Below, piece after piece: positions 49,771 through 59,214 of a stretch of 64,000 nucleotides of DNA (position 1 is its first letter; each line of letters begins with the position of its first letter). The notes beneath the pieces were generated by a model that searched no databases, had not been told where the DNA came from, and was given only the letters and a program-made list of their open reading frames with translations. Source of the DNA: a virus. Where the stretch lies: positions 18,366 through 82,365 of IMG/VR virus record IMGVR_UViG_3300032282_005530; one strand, 5' to 3'. Position numbers and translations under genes: made by a program.

Positions 49771-51056
49771 TCTTCCTTCTTAGATTTCCAAGAAACTTGT
49801 TTAGAACTCTTTTTACGCTTCATTCCGGCGCGAGTACACTGTGATGGTGTTGGACGGCACGCTGGATATTTGCTTCGTTTTTCACCTTCTCCACGACCGC
49901 AAGTTTTGCAGGTTTTCTTTCCTGTTTTCTTATCTTTACGGCAGGTATTACAATCTATCCACCCTTTGCTCTTACCTTTTTCACCATGGCGAGAAAACCA
50001 ACCACGAAGACCTTGTGATTTTTCTTTTGAGAAATCAGATTTTTTCTTTTTCTTTTTTTTCTCATCAAGAATATTGTTTAATTCTTCAATTATTTCTTCA
50101 TCAAGTTCCAATTCTTCATCAAGAATAGTTTCATCGATCTCAAATTCTTCTTCGTTTATTCTACCCTTCTTTTTACGGCATCTTACCAAATAGCCGGAAG
50201 CATAGGCAGAAGGCCATACTTTATATTTTGCTCTTGCTTTATAATAACAGGCATCTTTTTTCCGTTTTTTCTTTTTCTTTGCTTCTTCAAGAGTTTTTTG
50301 AAAATTAAGTATCTCTTCTTCGATACTCATATCACTATCATATGCTTGAAGTTTTAGATTTGACAAAGTCTCTAAGTATCCTTGATTACGAAGCATCTTA
50401 AATACAAGATTTTCGGTAGAATACTCACCTTCAGTCTCTAATCCTGCTTGACGATACTTTTTAATTTTCTTTTTAAGATTATCAATACCGGTTTTAGCCT
50501 TTTGATAATCTTTTTTACCTATTAGTTCCGAAAGTTTATTTATTTGTTCAATAAAACTTTCTGTTTTATTGATTACATCATCATAATTTACATCTTGTCT
50601 CTTAAACGTTGGTTGCGACACCCATTTATCGTTTAATATTGAATAAACACCAGTAGAATAATGTGGTTCATTAAGATCTTGTATATAAACTTCAACTTCA
50701 TGGCCAACAATCATAATATTGTGATTTTTATTCCATATTTCTTTTTTAGCATTAAAATAATCTTTAAATGCTTCGCGATATTCATCTGGAATTTCATTAA
50801 AATCTAATAAAACATGTAAATCTATGTCAGAAAATTGATTCCAATTGAAATTTGCTATAGAACCAGTTAAAATTATATCTTTTATTTTTAAAGGATACTC
50901 AAAGCCACGAATAAAGTCTTCAGCTATTTGTTTTAATTTTAAAACAACATTATGATTGAGTTTTTTAGTATTTGGATCCCACAATTTTGGATACAAATCA
51001 GCCTTTGGGGCCAAAACAGATGGATCAACTTGAGATTTTGTAGCGAGTTCGTTCAT
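49767..51056 (-). CDS. Pol-beta-superfamily nucleotidyltransferase fused to basic domains
   Basis: LTGSIANFNWNQFSDIDLH..EVEVY; KYKVWPSAYASG. Confidence 0.7.
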   Translation of the reverse strand: MNELATKSQVDPSVLAPKADLYPKLWDPNTKKLNHNVVLKLKQIAEDFIRGFEYPLKIKDIILTGSIANFNWNQFSDIDLHVLLDFNEIPDEYREAFKDYFNAKKEIWNKNHNIMIVGHEVEVYIQDLNEPHYSTGVYSILNDKWVSQPTFKRQDVNYDDVINKTESFIEQINKLSELIGKKDYQKAKTGIDNLKKKIKKYRQAGLETEGEYSTENLVFKMLRNQGYLETLSNLKLQAYDSDMSIEEEILNFQKTLEEAKKKKKRKKDACYYKARAKYKVWPSAYASGYLVRCRKKKGRINEEEFEIDETILDEELELDEEIIEELNNILDEKKKKKKKSDFSKEKSQGLRGWFSRHGEKGKSKGWIDCNTCRKDKKTGKKTCKTCGRGEGEKRSKYPACRPTPSQCTRAGMKRKKSSKQVSWKSKKEE

Positions 51057-51271
51057 TTTTCTATCTTTTTTAGTTTTTTATAATAATTAGGATCTTCACT
51101 CAAATGATCTTTGGCAATTTCTTTGGCTACTTGACGATCTTTTGTATGTTCCATTTCGTGTTTGATGCCATCTTCAAGATCTTTTTTATCAAAATCACTA
51201 TCGGGACGATAATCTCCCTTTCCACCGTGAAGTTTTTCTTTGTCTTTTATGATAATTTTAATTTTTTCCAT
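51053..51271 (-). CDS. DUF5661-like small protein
   Basis: GIKHEMEHT..AKEIAKDHLSEDPNYY. Confidence 0.6.
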   Translation of the reverse strand: MEKIKIIIKDKEKLHGGKGDYRPDSDFDKKDLEDGIKHEMEHTKDRQVAKEIAKDHLSEDPNYYKKLKKIEK

Positions 51272-51277
51272 AAATTT

Positions 51278-51874
51278 TCACTTTTTTGTTGGTAATATTT
51301 TTGAAATTTGTCTAAAAACTGGAGTATCATCTTCTAAAACGCTAAAAATTTCCCAAGTTGCTGCACAGACAGGTTCGCATCCGTATTTTTCTGCTGATTT
51401 TACTTGAAAATCTTCAATATTTTGGATTAAATTTGGATTTCCATAATCACACCAGAATAATTTTCCTTGAAAATCTTGAAAAACACATACGGCATGAGAT
51501 TGATATGTGTCATCCGGCCATTTACCCTTCATCGTATAGAAAGAAAGCCATACTTTTTTTGCTAATTTTGATTTTTTTATTGCTACACACCAATAAATCG
51601 CATGATCATCACAGTCTCCAAACATAACTTTGTTTTCTAAACGACACTGTATGGTTCTTGGGTGTATCATGTAATCTTTAAAGACATTTGCTACATTATC
51701 ATGTTTATAAAATTTTCCATAATTTAATGCTTTTATTATATCTTCAAATTTATAATAAATTGGAACTTCACATTTTGGAAGATTTTGTGAAATTTTTATA
51801 GTTATAACATAATATAGTCTGCTAAACCAAGTAAAATTATATATAAATTGTATAAATCTATCCTTAAAACTCAC
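51278..51874 (-). CDS. Transglutaminase-like cysteine protease
   Basis: GDCDDHA..HAVC..WCD. Confidence 0.6.
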   Translation of the reverse strand: MSFKDRFIQFIYNFTWFSRLYYVITIKISQNLPKCEVPIYYKFEDIIKALNYGKFYKHDNVANVFKDYMIHPRTIQCRLENKVMFGDCDDHAIYWCVAIKKSKLAKKVWLSFYTMKGKWPDDTYQSHAVCVFQDFQGKLFWCDYGNPNLIQNIEDFQVKSAEKYGCEPVCAATWEIFSVLEDDTPVFRQISKILPTKK

Positions 51875-52293
51875 TTTAAGTTCTCCAAGGCAGCAAATAT
51901 TATAGTTGGTAAATCTGGAACTATTTTGTATTTAGATAAATCTTTTGGATTTACCCACATAAAATCATCGTGTTCAAAATCTAGTTTTGGTTCTCCAGAA
52001 AATTTTGTTGTATAGAAAAAAGCGTGTTCTTTTTCTTTACTCACTTTTGGAAGCAACACTAAATCTGCCGGAGACACTGTTAAGTTTGCTTCTTCTTTAC
52101 ACTCACGCGAAGCTGCTTGTTTAGGATTTTCTCCAGCATCTAATTTTCCACCGGGAAGTCCATAATGTCCTGGCATCCAAGCATCAGTAGAAGAGCGTTT
52201 TAATATTAAGACATTACCATCTTTTATTATAACAACATGAGCACTGCTAAAATTGTTTTCTTTATTATTAATTTTTATTAAAATTTTAGACAT
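51871..52293 (-). CDS. NUDIX hydrolase
   Basis: PGGKLDAGENPKQAASRECKEEANL Nudix box. Confidence 0.9.
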   Translation of the reverse strand: MSKILIKINNKENNFSSAHVVIIKDGNVLILKRSSTDAWMPGHYGLPGGKLDAGENPKQAASRECKEEANLTVSPADLVLLPKVSKEKEHAFFYTTKFSGEPKLDFEHDDFMWVNPKDLSKYKIVPDLPTIIFAALENLK

Positions 52294-52333
52294 AAAAATA
52301 CCCCGGTAGACTAAATAAATAGTTTACCGGGGT
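52294..52333 (-). terminator. Terminator-like hairpin whose loop carries the ACTATTTAT motif
   Basis: ACCCCGGTAAAC-TATTTATTTA-GTCTACCGGGGT-ATTTTT. Confidence 0.6.
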
Positions 52334-52339
52334 GACTGA

Positions 52340-52540
52340 TTACGATATTTTTTCTATATAATCTATAGGTATATCTTTTAAGTATATATTTTCTGTTTGT
52401 ATTAATATGTCATATAATTTTAAAAGTTTTTTTCTTTTTACCACTATTGCTAATTGAATTTTTACTGCTGATAGAGGTTTATATATTACTAAATCTCCAA
52501 CATCAAATACATCAGTCCGGGTCTTTTTTGCTACTGTCAT
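52340..52540 (-). CDS. Hypothetical SH3/KOW-like protein
   Basis: FDVGDLV. Confidence 0.5.
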   Translation of the reverse strand: MTVAKKTRTDVFDVGDLVIYKPLSAVKIQLAIVVKRKKLLKLYDILIQTENIYLKDIPIDYIEKIS

Positions 52541-53087
52541 TTGTATCTACATAATAATTGTAATCTACATCAGTATTATTGACATATTCAAAAGTATAAC
52601 TTGATGGATCGTCATCATAATAAGTATCATATTTATCATCGTATTTTGTTTTATCAGTTTCTTTTATCTCCCACTGATTTGGGTCATCATTTTTTTTCTC
52701 TACTTTTTCTATTTTTGGTTCTGGAGCAAATATATGTTTCAACATTTTATCGGTAGATTTCTTTTTAAAATCTTCCCATTCTTGTAATTCTTTACCTGCC
52801 TTTGCCATATTGTTTCTAAGACTAGCAAGAGATTGAGAAGAGTGAATTAAATGATCAGACTTAAACCATTCATAATAATGACCTGGCTTGAGATGACCCA
52901 AACCATCAACAAACTCAACTCTCACAGCATATAAAAATTTTCCAGGACGATCTTCGTCTTCTGATATGTTGGATATGCATCCAATTTTATCTAAAAAATC
53001 TTTATAAATATCTTGTGAGTTTCTCCATTGTTCCCATTTTAAATCTGGTGTTGGTGTAATCTGAACCCAATCTCCTACTTTGAACAT
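52512..53087 (-). CDS. Hypothetical protein
   Basis: MFKVGDWV N-terminus; GGAG RBS. Confidence 0.6.
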   Translation of the reverse strand: MFKVGDWVQITPTPDLKWEQWRNSQDIYKDFLDKIGCISNISEDEDRPGKFLYAVRVEFVDGLGHLKPGHYYEWFKSDHLIHSSQSLASLRNNMAKAGKELQEWEDFKKKSTDKMLKHIFAPEPKIEKVEKKNDDPNQWEIKETDKTKYDDKYDTYYDDDPSSYTFEYVNNTDVDYNYYVDTNDSSKKDPD

Positions 53088-53185
53088 TTGTCTTCTCCGC
53101 TAATAATAAAAAATAAAAATATTAAATGAGGTACTGTTGTTATAATAATTAATATTATTAAATATATTGTAACATAGTCCACATA

Positions 53186-53515
53186 TTAAATATGTGTTTT
53201 ATATGTGCGTTTGCAATTTGGACATTTAGAAATTATATCATTATTTTCGATATTTAATAAAGAATATGTTTCTCGTGAACAATCTAGACAAATTGGATTA
53301 GCAAAAGCCAGTTGCTTTTCCATTAATTCTTCTGGTGTATCCACGAAAAAATCTTCTGATGAATATTCATCTTTTAAATATTCATTCCAATATTTATTCA
53401 GTTCTTCTTCTTCATCTTTATCCATTTTAATTCTCGTAAAATCCTTTGGTGACATAGAAATTTTATATGACGTCAATAATGCGATAAGTATATCATTAAA
53501 CATTTTTATGATCAC
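53186..53515 (-). CDS. Hypothetical zinc-ribbon protein
   Basis: CLDC...CPNC. Confidence 0.5.
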   Translation of the reverse strand: MIIKMFNDILIALLTSYKISMSPKDFTRIKMDKDEEEELNKYWNEYLKDEYSSEDFFVDTPEELMEKQLAFANPICLDCSRETYSLLNIENNDIISKCPNCKRTYKTHI

Positions 53516-53520
53516 TAATA

Positions 53521-54450
53521 TTAATTAATAATACCAAAATCATTTCGCATTTTTAAAACCGATAAATTTTTTCCTTTTGCTTCCACATCAACATCAATTT
53601 TATTTTCCATAATTAATTGTTTTTGAACTTCCGGAATTTGATGAATATAATAGCTATGTTTACGGCGTTCTGTAAACGAACCGTTTTCTAGACCAATCTC
53701 AGTATTACTTAGATGCTGAAGAGGCTTGATGTTTCCCCATGTTTTCATCGCTTCATAGCACGCAGTAGAAACGTCCATATCGCCCGTATTGAATGTGTAG
53801 TGGTGCGAATCCCATACGATCGGAGTGCCTGTTTTATCGTGGATTTTAAGAAGTTCTGGAACACTATAAGAACTTTCATCATTCTCAAGTGTTAAACGTT
53901 TACGTGTCTGTTCGGGTAGGGAATTAATTGTTGTAATTGCTCGTTCGATGTTTCCACGTTTACCACCATGAATATTAATTGCATAATAAGGCGAATGATC
54001 AAAGCCCATCTGATCAAACATCCAAGCATGATAATTTAATTCTTTAATTGTATTTTTAATTACATCATCACTGTCACTGCTGATCACAGCGAATTGACCG
54101 GGATGACAAGTTACACGAATATTGTTCTTCTTGAACATGTCGCCAAGAAGTTTAAACTTATTTAGTAATTCTACACTTGATTTAGCAATATCTTCACAAA
54201 ATTCAAATAACGGAAGAACATTGCTAGACATGCGGAATGATTTAATATTAGCCGCATTAAGTTTGGGAACAAGTCTCAATAATTCATTAACATTATTGAG
54301 ATATGTTTGACGTATCATTTCTTCGCTATACTTGCCTTTTTTGAAGGCACCAAGTTGAAGTAATTTTTCGTCAATTGAATTTTCATAAACAATAGAACCA
54401 TCTCGTTTTGTACGAGGTTCCAACCATTGACAACACACAGTTAAGCTCAT
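53521..54450 (-). CDS. uvsE: UV-damage endonuclease (likely start MSLTVCC)
   Basis: FRMSS..HPGQF..NIHGG..LTLENDE..WDSHH..QHLS..DVEAKGK. Confidence 0.88.
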   Translation of the reverse strand: MSLTVCCQWLEPRTKRDGSIVYENSIDEKLLQLGAFKKGKYSEEMIRQTYLNNVNELLRLVPKLNAANIKSFRMSSNVLPLFEFCEDIAKSSVELLNKFKLLGDMFKKNNIRVTCHPGQFAVISSDSDDVIKNTIKELNYHAWMFDQMGFDHSPYYAINIHGGKRGNIERAITTINSLPEQTRKRLTLENDESSYSVPELLKIHDKTGTPIVWDSHHYTFNTGDMDVSTACYEAMKTWGNIKPLQHLSNTEIGLENGSFTERRKHSYYIHQIPEVQKQLIMENKIDVDVEAKGKNLSVLKMRNDFGIIN

Positions 54451-54467
54451 GCAGCCTCCGAACCCGG

Positions 54468-54496
54468 AGACTAGCATGCCTAGGATGGCAAAGCAA
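54468..54496 (-). promoter_or_regulatory. sigma70-type promoter for uvsE
   Basis: TTGCTT-N17-TAGTCT with TGC extended -10. Confidence 0.5.
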
Positions 54497-54501
54497 GCAG
54501 A

Positions 54502-54765
54502 TTACTTTTGGATTGGATAGTGTAAAATATATCCGTCAAGGATCATTTTTCTTAGTGAAGAATTTATAATACTTGTCTTAGATAAATCGGTTGATGGATT
54601 TTCTCCATCAAGCGTCCACTCTATTGTTGAAATATTATTTTGTATATTTACAATTATTCCTCTTCTACGAATGAACTCTTCTGATTTTAATGGATTTATT
54701 ATCTGTTGTATCAACAGATCTCCAACATTAATATTTCTAAATTCGTATGGTGATTTCATTATCAT
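54502..54765 (-). CDS. Hypothetical SH3-like protein
   Basis: VGDLL..GII..W. Confidence 0.5.
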   Translation of the reverse strand: MIMKSPYEFRNINVGDLLIQQIINPLKSEEFIRRRGIIVNIQNNISTIEWTLDGENPSTDLSKTSIINSSLRKMILDGYILHYPIQK

Positions 54766-54962
54766 GCTTCGTATGTGGTCATATATATTTCAGATAATAC
54801 TTTAATTCTTTCAGCAGTTAATTTTAATATTTCATCTACGCTTTCTACATCAGCATCTTTTTTATTATAATTTTTTTTTGCTGCTTCCCACTTCTGATCT
54901 AGCTCTTCAAGTTGCAATTGTAACTCAAGTTGACGGAAAGGAGTAGAAGTATTTTTTTTCAT
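54762..54962 (-). CDS. Hypothetical protein
   Basis: ORF. Confidence 0.5.
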   Translation of the reverse strand: MKKNTSTPFRQLELQLQLEELDQKWEAAKKNYNKKDADVESVDEILKLTAERIKVLSEIYMTTYEA

Positions 54963-54973
54963 TAGAAGTACCT

Positions 54974-55201
54974 TTATTTAACTACTTTGTAATATCCAAA
55001 AATTTCATTTTCTATACGCCATTTTATTATCGATTCAAATATTTCTGTTTCTAAAGCCATATCATTCCACAATACTGAATATACGTATTCTCCATCTAAA
55101 GCATCAAAATATACGCCAGTTATTAATCCGGAAGACAAGTTTAATCCATCAACATATTCTGTTAATAAGTCTCCTATAGAATATAATGGCGGTTCATTCA
55201 T
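54974..55201 (-). CDS. Hypothetical SH3-like protein
   Basis: IGDLL..GLI..YSVLW. Confidence 0.5.
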   Translation of the reverse strand: MNEPPLYSIGDLLTEYVDGLNLSSGLITGVYFDALDGEYVYSVLWNDMALETEIFESIIKWRIENEIFGYYKVVK

Positions 55202-55517
55202 TTTTTATTATTTTACAACAAACTTTTAACTTTCTAGCAAGAGTGGTCTCAGAAAACAAATCATCCATTTGCGAACGAGACCAGTAGATTTTATAAAACA
55301 AAACATTATCACCATAGATATGATAAATTATTCCAATATCATGGCGAGAAGTTTCTAAATCATTTGGACAATAATGAATCAAGTCTCCAATAATTATATT
55401 TTTAAGAATTTGTTTTTTAGCTGTTGTCATTCTGCGGAACTTAGCAGAATTAATCTTGGCCGTCAAGATCTTCAAGTTCTTCTTCGTTTTCCATTTCTTC
55501 ATCGCTATTTTGCTCAA
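55194..55517 (-). CDS. Hypothetical SH3-like protein (start possibly MTTAKK)
   Basis: IGDLI..GII..YKIYW. Confidence 0.5.
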   Translation of the reverse strand: MSKIAMKKWKTKKNLKILTAKINSAKFRRMTTAKKQILKNIIIGDLIHYCPNDLETSRHDIGIIYHIYGDNVLFYKIYWSRSQMDDLFSETTLARKLKVCCKIIKNE

Positions 55518-55779
55518 CCATATATTCCATTACAGAATGCATATAATCACTAGCAAGAGTAATATAAGAAGAAACCCACCCTGGAAGTTCATCATTTTTA
55601 TCAAATGATTTATAAATGATTAAACCATTTTTGATCATATCACGAAGCTCGCCTTTTGCCATTTTGCCTTCATGATCTTGCATGTGTTTACGACCCATTT
55701 CAGCAGCTTCGGTTTTTTGCTGAGATTCTTCTACTGCTTGTTCGATCATTTCAAGTAATATTTTATTATCTGATTTCAT
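55450..55779 (-). CDS. Hypothetical phage protein
   Basis: DHEGKMAK..LPGWV..ITLASDYM. Confidence 0.6.
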   Translation of the reverse strand: MKSDNKILLEMIEQAVEESQQKTEAAEMGRKHMQDHEGKMAKGELRDMIKNGLIIYKSFDKNDELPGWVSSYITLASDYMHSVMEYMVEQNSDEEMENEEELEDLDGQD

Positions 55780-55788
55780 TTTAATTCC

Positions 55789-56262
55789 TCATTTAAATGG
55801 CCAAGCATCATCAACAGCAAGCATACGATTAAGTACATTTATTTCTTTATCTAATTCTGCTTTTGTTTTTTGTAACATAGGAGTATCAGCAGCTTGACCT
55901 GACATTATTGCTTTTAAATATTTAACTTCAAGTGCAATCATTTTTGTTATTTGAGAAACCAAATCTTTATGGCCCTTCATTTTAAGTTTAATTTTTTTGC
56001 CAGTTAATTTAGCAGAAACGATATTTCTTATATTATCTGTAAATTGTTGCAATGCATCTTGTCGAACTTGTTCATCACTTTGATCTTCGATACTGCCGGC
56101 GTCTTCACCTTCTCTTACGCCTATTTTTCCAATTCTAAATCCCTTTTGTCTGCCATCTCCAACTCCATGATCTTCTATAAAATGGGGTATTTGATATTTT
56201 GCCGGTTCTTCATTATAAGCAATAACCTTACCCATTTTATATTCTTGATTATGTTTTCTCAT
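55789..56262 (-). CDS. Hypothetical protein
   Basis: ORF with GGAG RBS. Confidence 0.55.
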   Translation of the reverse strand: MRKHNQEYKMGKVIAYNEEPAKYQIPHFIEDHGVGDGRQKGFRIGKIGVREGEDAGSIEDQSDEQVRQDALQQFTDNIRNIVSAKLTGKKIKLKMKGHKDLVSQITKMIALEVKYLKAIMSGQAADTPMLQKTKAELDKEINVLNRMLAVDDAWPFK

Positions 56263-56312
56263 TTAATTTCTCCAAATATCTTTATTAATTATTCCTTATC
56301 TAATTATAATAC

Positions 56313-56708
56313 ATGGGAACAAAAAAATTAATTACTCCTAAAATCATAAAAAGAATTTATCTCATAGTCTATGATCAGCAAGAGTTCTTTGGTTACGATC
56401 CAAATACGCCAATAAAAGCTTTTAAAACAAAAAAATCTGCAGAAATATACGCAGCAACAAGAAATTTTGAATTTCAAACAATTTGTATGCTTGATGAAGA
56501 AGACTATGAAAGTTATGTTCTATCTAACAATTATTCTGATTATGTTATTTCAGTAAGCGATTTTCGAGACGCCCACGGTTTTATTAAAGAAGAGATGTTA
56601 AGATTACAAAGAAATAAAATGTCATCAAATCTATGGGAAATCTTAAACAATATAAAGCCGTTTAAAGTTATACCGATTGAATATATAACTGATTCAAAAG
56701 ATCTTTAA
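56313..56708 (+). CDS. Hypothetical protein
   Basis: Plus-strand ORF filling the gap. Confidence 0.55.
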   Translation: MGTKKLITPKIIKRIYLIVYDQQEFFGYDPNTPIKAFKTKKSAEIYAATRNFEFQTICMLDEEDYESYVLSNNYSDYVISVSDFRDAHGFIKEEMLRLQRNKMSSNLWEILNNIKPFKVIPIEYITDSKDL

Positions 56709-57958
56709 ACATCGATTTGGTCAATAACATGTGTACTGCTAAAGGATAATTCGCGATAGAATTTTTTCACGAATTCCTTGGTTATTTTGGCAATTTCTTT
56801 TTTGGCGTCTTTATCTTTCAGCATTTTTTCGAATTCATCACGAACAAGCTTGCGGATCTCTTCTTTTGTGAGTTCTTCTGTAAGGATTGTGCTTTCTTTT
56901 AGTATAACTTTAATCTTGTTCATAATGATATTTTCCTGCAATTGATCGTTTACAGAAGTATATAGAATTGACAAAGCATAATTATAAAATTTCGGATTAT
57001 ATGTTTTTATCGTTTCTAAATTATCTTTTATATTATTCATATACGTTTTAATGTTTTGCTGTTCAAGTTCTTTGTATAACTGTTTTTCTTCGGCGGATAA
57101 TTGAGAGCCAACTAATTTCTTTAAAAGAACTTTTTTTGCAAAAGGTAGTTGCTCTGGTTCAATATTTAGAATATTGATCATGTCATTAAATAAAGTAACA
57201 GAATTCTGTGCATATGTTTGAATTTCATTTGGATTATCGTTTGGCGTAGCACCAAGAGAAGTTGCACGTGGTGCGGCTCCATATGATGATAATCCAGTTG
57301 CTTGTCTAACTATGTTGACAAATAAATGTTGAAACTCATGATAAACAGTTCTCTTTGTAAGAGATAATTCCTTATCGATAGTTTTAAACAATTCTTCAAC
57401 ATTACTTTGAAATACAAGACCTTCAAATGGTTCAACATTATAATTGACAGAGATGCTCATGGATTCATAATCCATAATTCCGTGATACTTATCTTCTTTT
57501 CTTGAAAGTTCTAGGAGCATTTTAATGTCTTTAAAACCGGTTGAATCAAGATAGGCTTGCATTGCCTTGGTTGCTCGCTTTTGACCCATCCCAGCTGATT
57601 TAAATGCGTTTACAGCTGTTTCTTGTTTTAAGATGTGTGGAATTATTTTTTCACTTGGCAGAGAAGCAATTTCATATATTATTTTTTGAGACAAATCAGA
57701 ATCTAAATTGCTTTTAAAATCTGCAGCAGATATAGGACTTTTACCAACAAGTAGATCACTATATTGTTCTTTAAATCTATCAAGAGCAATTTTGTATAAA
57801 TTGGTGCCTTTTTTATTTTTTGATTCTTTCTTATTATTATGAACCAAGAATATTTCAACAAGTTTTAAATAATTTAATTTATAGAAATTCGAAATGCCAT
57901 CAACCAAATCATCGCTGACGGATATTGTTCGTCTTTCTTGAAGTTTAACTTTTATCAT
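56705..57958 (-). CDS. Hypothetical protein with HExxH motif
   Basis: VYHEFQH..NEIQTY. Confidence 0.6.
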   Translation of the reverse strand: MIKVKLQERRTISVSDDLVDGISNFYKLNYLKLVEIFLVHNNKKESKNKKGTNLYKIALDRFKEQYSDLLVGKSPISAADFKSNLDSDLSQKIIYEIASLPSEKIIPHILKQETAVNAFKSAGMGQKRATKAMQAYLDSTGFKDIKMLLELSRKEDKYHGIMDYESMSISVNYNVEPFEGLVFQSNVEELFKTIDKELSLTKRTVYHEFQHLFVNIVRQATGLSSYGAAPRATSLGATPNDNPNEIQTYAQNSVTLFNDMINILNIEPEQLPFAKKVLLKKLVGSQLSAEEKQLYKELEQQNIKTYMNNIKDNLETIKTYNPKFYNYALSILYTSVNDQLQENIIMNKIKVILKESTILTEELTKEEIRKLVRDEFEKMLKDKDAKKEIAKITKEFVKKFYRELSFSSTHVIDQIDV

Positions 57959-58971
57959 TTTGCTTTAAATATAATAGTATCTTTTTCTTTTAATTGTTCT
58001 TCAGTTTCTGTTGCAACGTTTTCATTTCCGGGTTTACGCACACCAAAGAAAAACATTCCACCAGCAGATTTATAATTTACAATAACAAATTCTTGTCCTT
58101 TATCATTTTTTACATCAAAATGATTGTTCATTTCTTTTGTAAAATTATTTCTTAATTCATCTAATTTTAGCGTATTATTCATATTCTTATATGCACTAAA
58201 AACTTCACTCAATATTGAACCGATTTGACTATCTGCTGTAAACGTATAGCGTACCGGTGGCTTTGTTGGATCGATCGAAGGATAATATTTTTGTTTGAAT
58301 ACAAGTCCACCAGCAAGCTTTTTCTTTGCTTCTTCTAATTTATCGTGATATTTTTGTTTTTTATCTACATCTGTACCGGTGCCTTTATCTAGATTAGAAA
58401 ATGAACCAGGTGTCTTACTTGTTATTAAATCTTTTATGCCAATCTTAACGTTATAGGCTCCGGGAGCGTTTTGACCTTGTATTAGTGCGCCCGTTGTACT
58501 AGCAAGCAGTTCAGCAAGGCTTTTACCATCTTTAAAAGTTATTTTTGTTGCCAGACTTGCTCCGGATGTATCTCCAATATTATATATATTTGCTAGATTT
58601 CTTGCTCGTCCATGATGTTCAACAACTTGATACACCGGTGTATTATCTCTTTGCTTATCAAGTCCTCTCGGTTCCAATATAAGTTCTGGTGGTTCTGTTT
58701 TTACTATACTCGAAAGGGCTGACATCATTCTTAATGCTCGTCTTTGTATATCGAATTTTTCTTCTTTAGAAGCCAAGATTTGTTTCTGTTCTTCTTCGGT
58801 TGGTTTAATTATAATTCTTTCTATATCTGCCGGTGGAACAGTTAGTCTTAAGAATTGCTGAGAATTCACGTTTGCCATCTGTGGATTTAGTTGTTCTTCT
58901 TCAACAAGCAATTCACGTTTTGGTTTTGCAAAACTATGCCAAGCATTATAAAATTGTTTGTAATTTGTCAT
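57955..58971 (-). CDS. Hypothetical protein (likely start MTNYKQ)
   Basis: ORF; CTATTTAT motif just upstream of ATG 58971. Confidence 0.6.
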   Translation of the reverse strand: MTNYKQFYNAWHSFAKPKRELLVEEEQLNPQMANVNSQQFLRLTVPPADIERIIIKPTEEEQKQILASKEEKFDIQRRALRMMSALSSIVKTEPPELILEPRGLDKQRDNTPVYQVVEHHGRARNLANIYNIGDTSGASLATKITFKDGKSLAELLASTTGALIQGQNAPGAYNVKIGIKDLITSKTPGSFSNLDKGTGTDVDKKQKYHDKLEEAKKKLAGGLVFKQKYYPSIDPTKPPVRYTFTADSQIGSILSEVFSAYKNMNNTLKLDELRNNFTKEMNNHFDVKNDKGQEFVIVNYKSAGGMFFFGVRKPGNENVATETEEQLKEKDTIIFKAK

Positions 58972-59035
58972 ATGATATAAATAGGCAAAAAGAAAAATCC
59001 CGGAAAAATTCCCAGGAAATTTTTTTCGATGCCCG

Positions 59036-59104
59036 ATTTTTAGAGATGTTTTAGATTTTTTGAGAATTCTTGACGCAGTGCGAAAAGTCAAAATCTCTAA
59101 AAAT
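59036..59104. repeat. 12-bp perfect inverted repeat at the compositional junction
   Basis: ATTTTTAGAGAT (59036-47) and ATCTCTAAAAAT (59093-104). Confidence 0.6.
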
Positions 59105-59214
59105 TTCCCGTGTGTTGTGGGGGTACTTAGTACAGATCACCCACCCTCCCACCTATAGGGACATACATTCCGGGGAATGGGGGACCTGTGTCCCCCGTCA
59201 CAGTATACAGTTGA

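Noticed and set aside
769-58833. Most short plus-strand ORFs in the track (e.g. 769, 10299, 22501, 30105, 47125)
   Set aside because: Antisense shadows of long minus-strand genes, with no RBS or recognisable motifs
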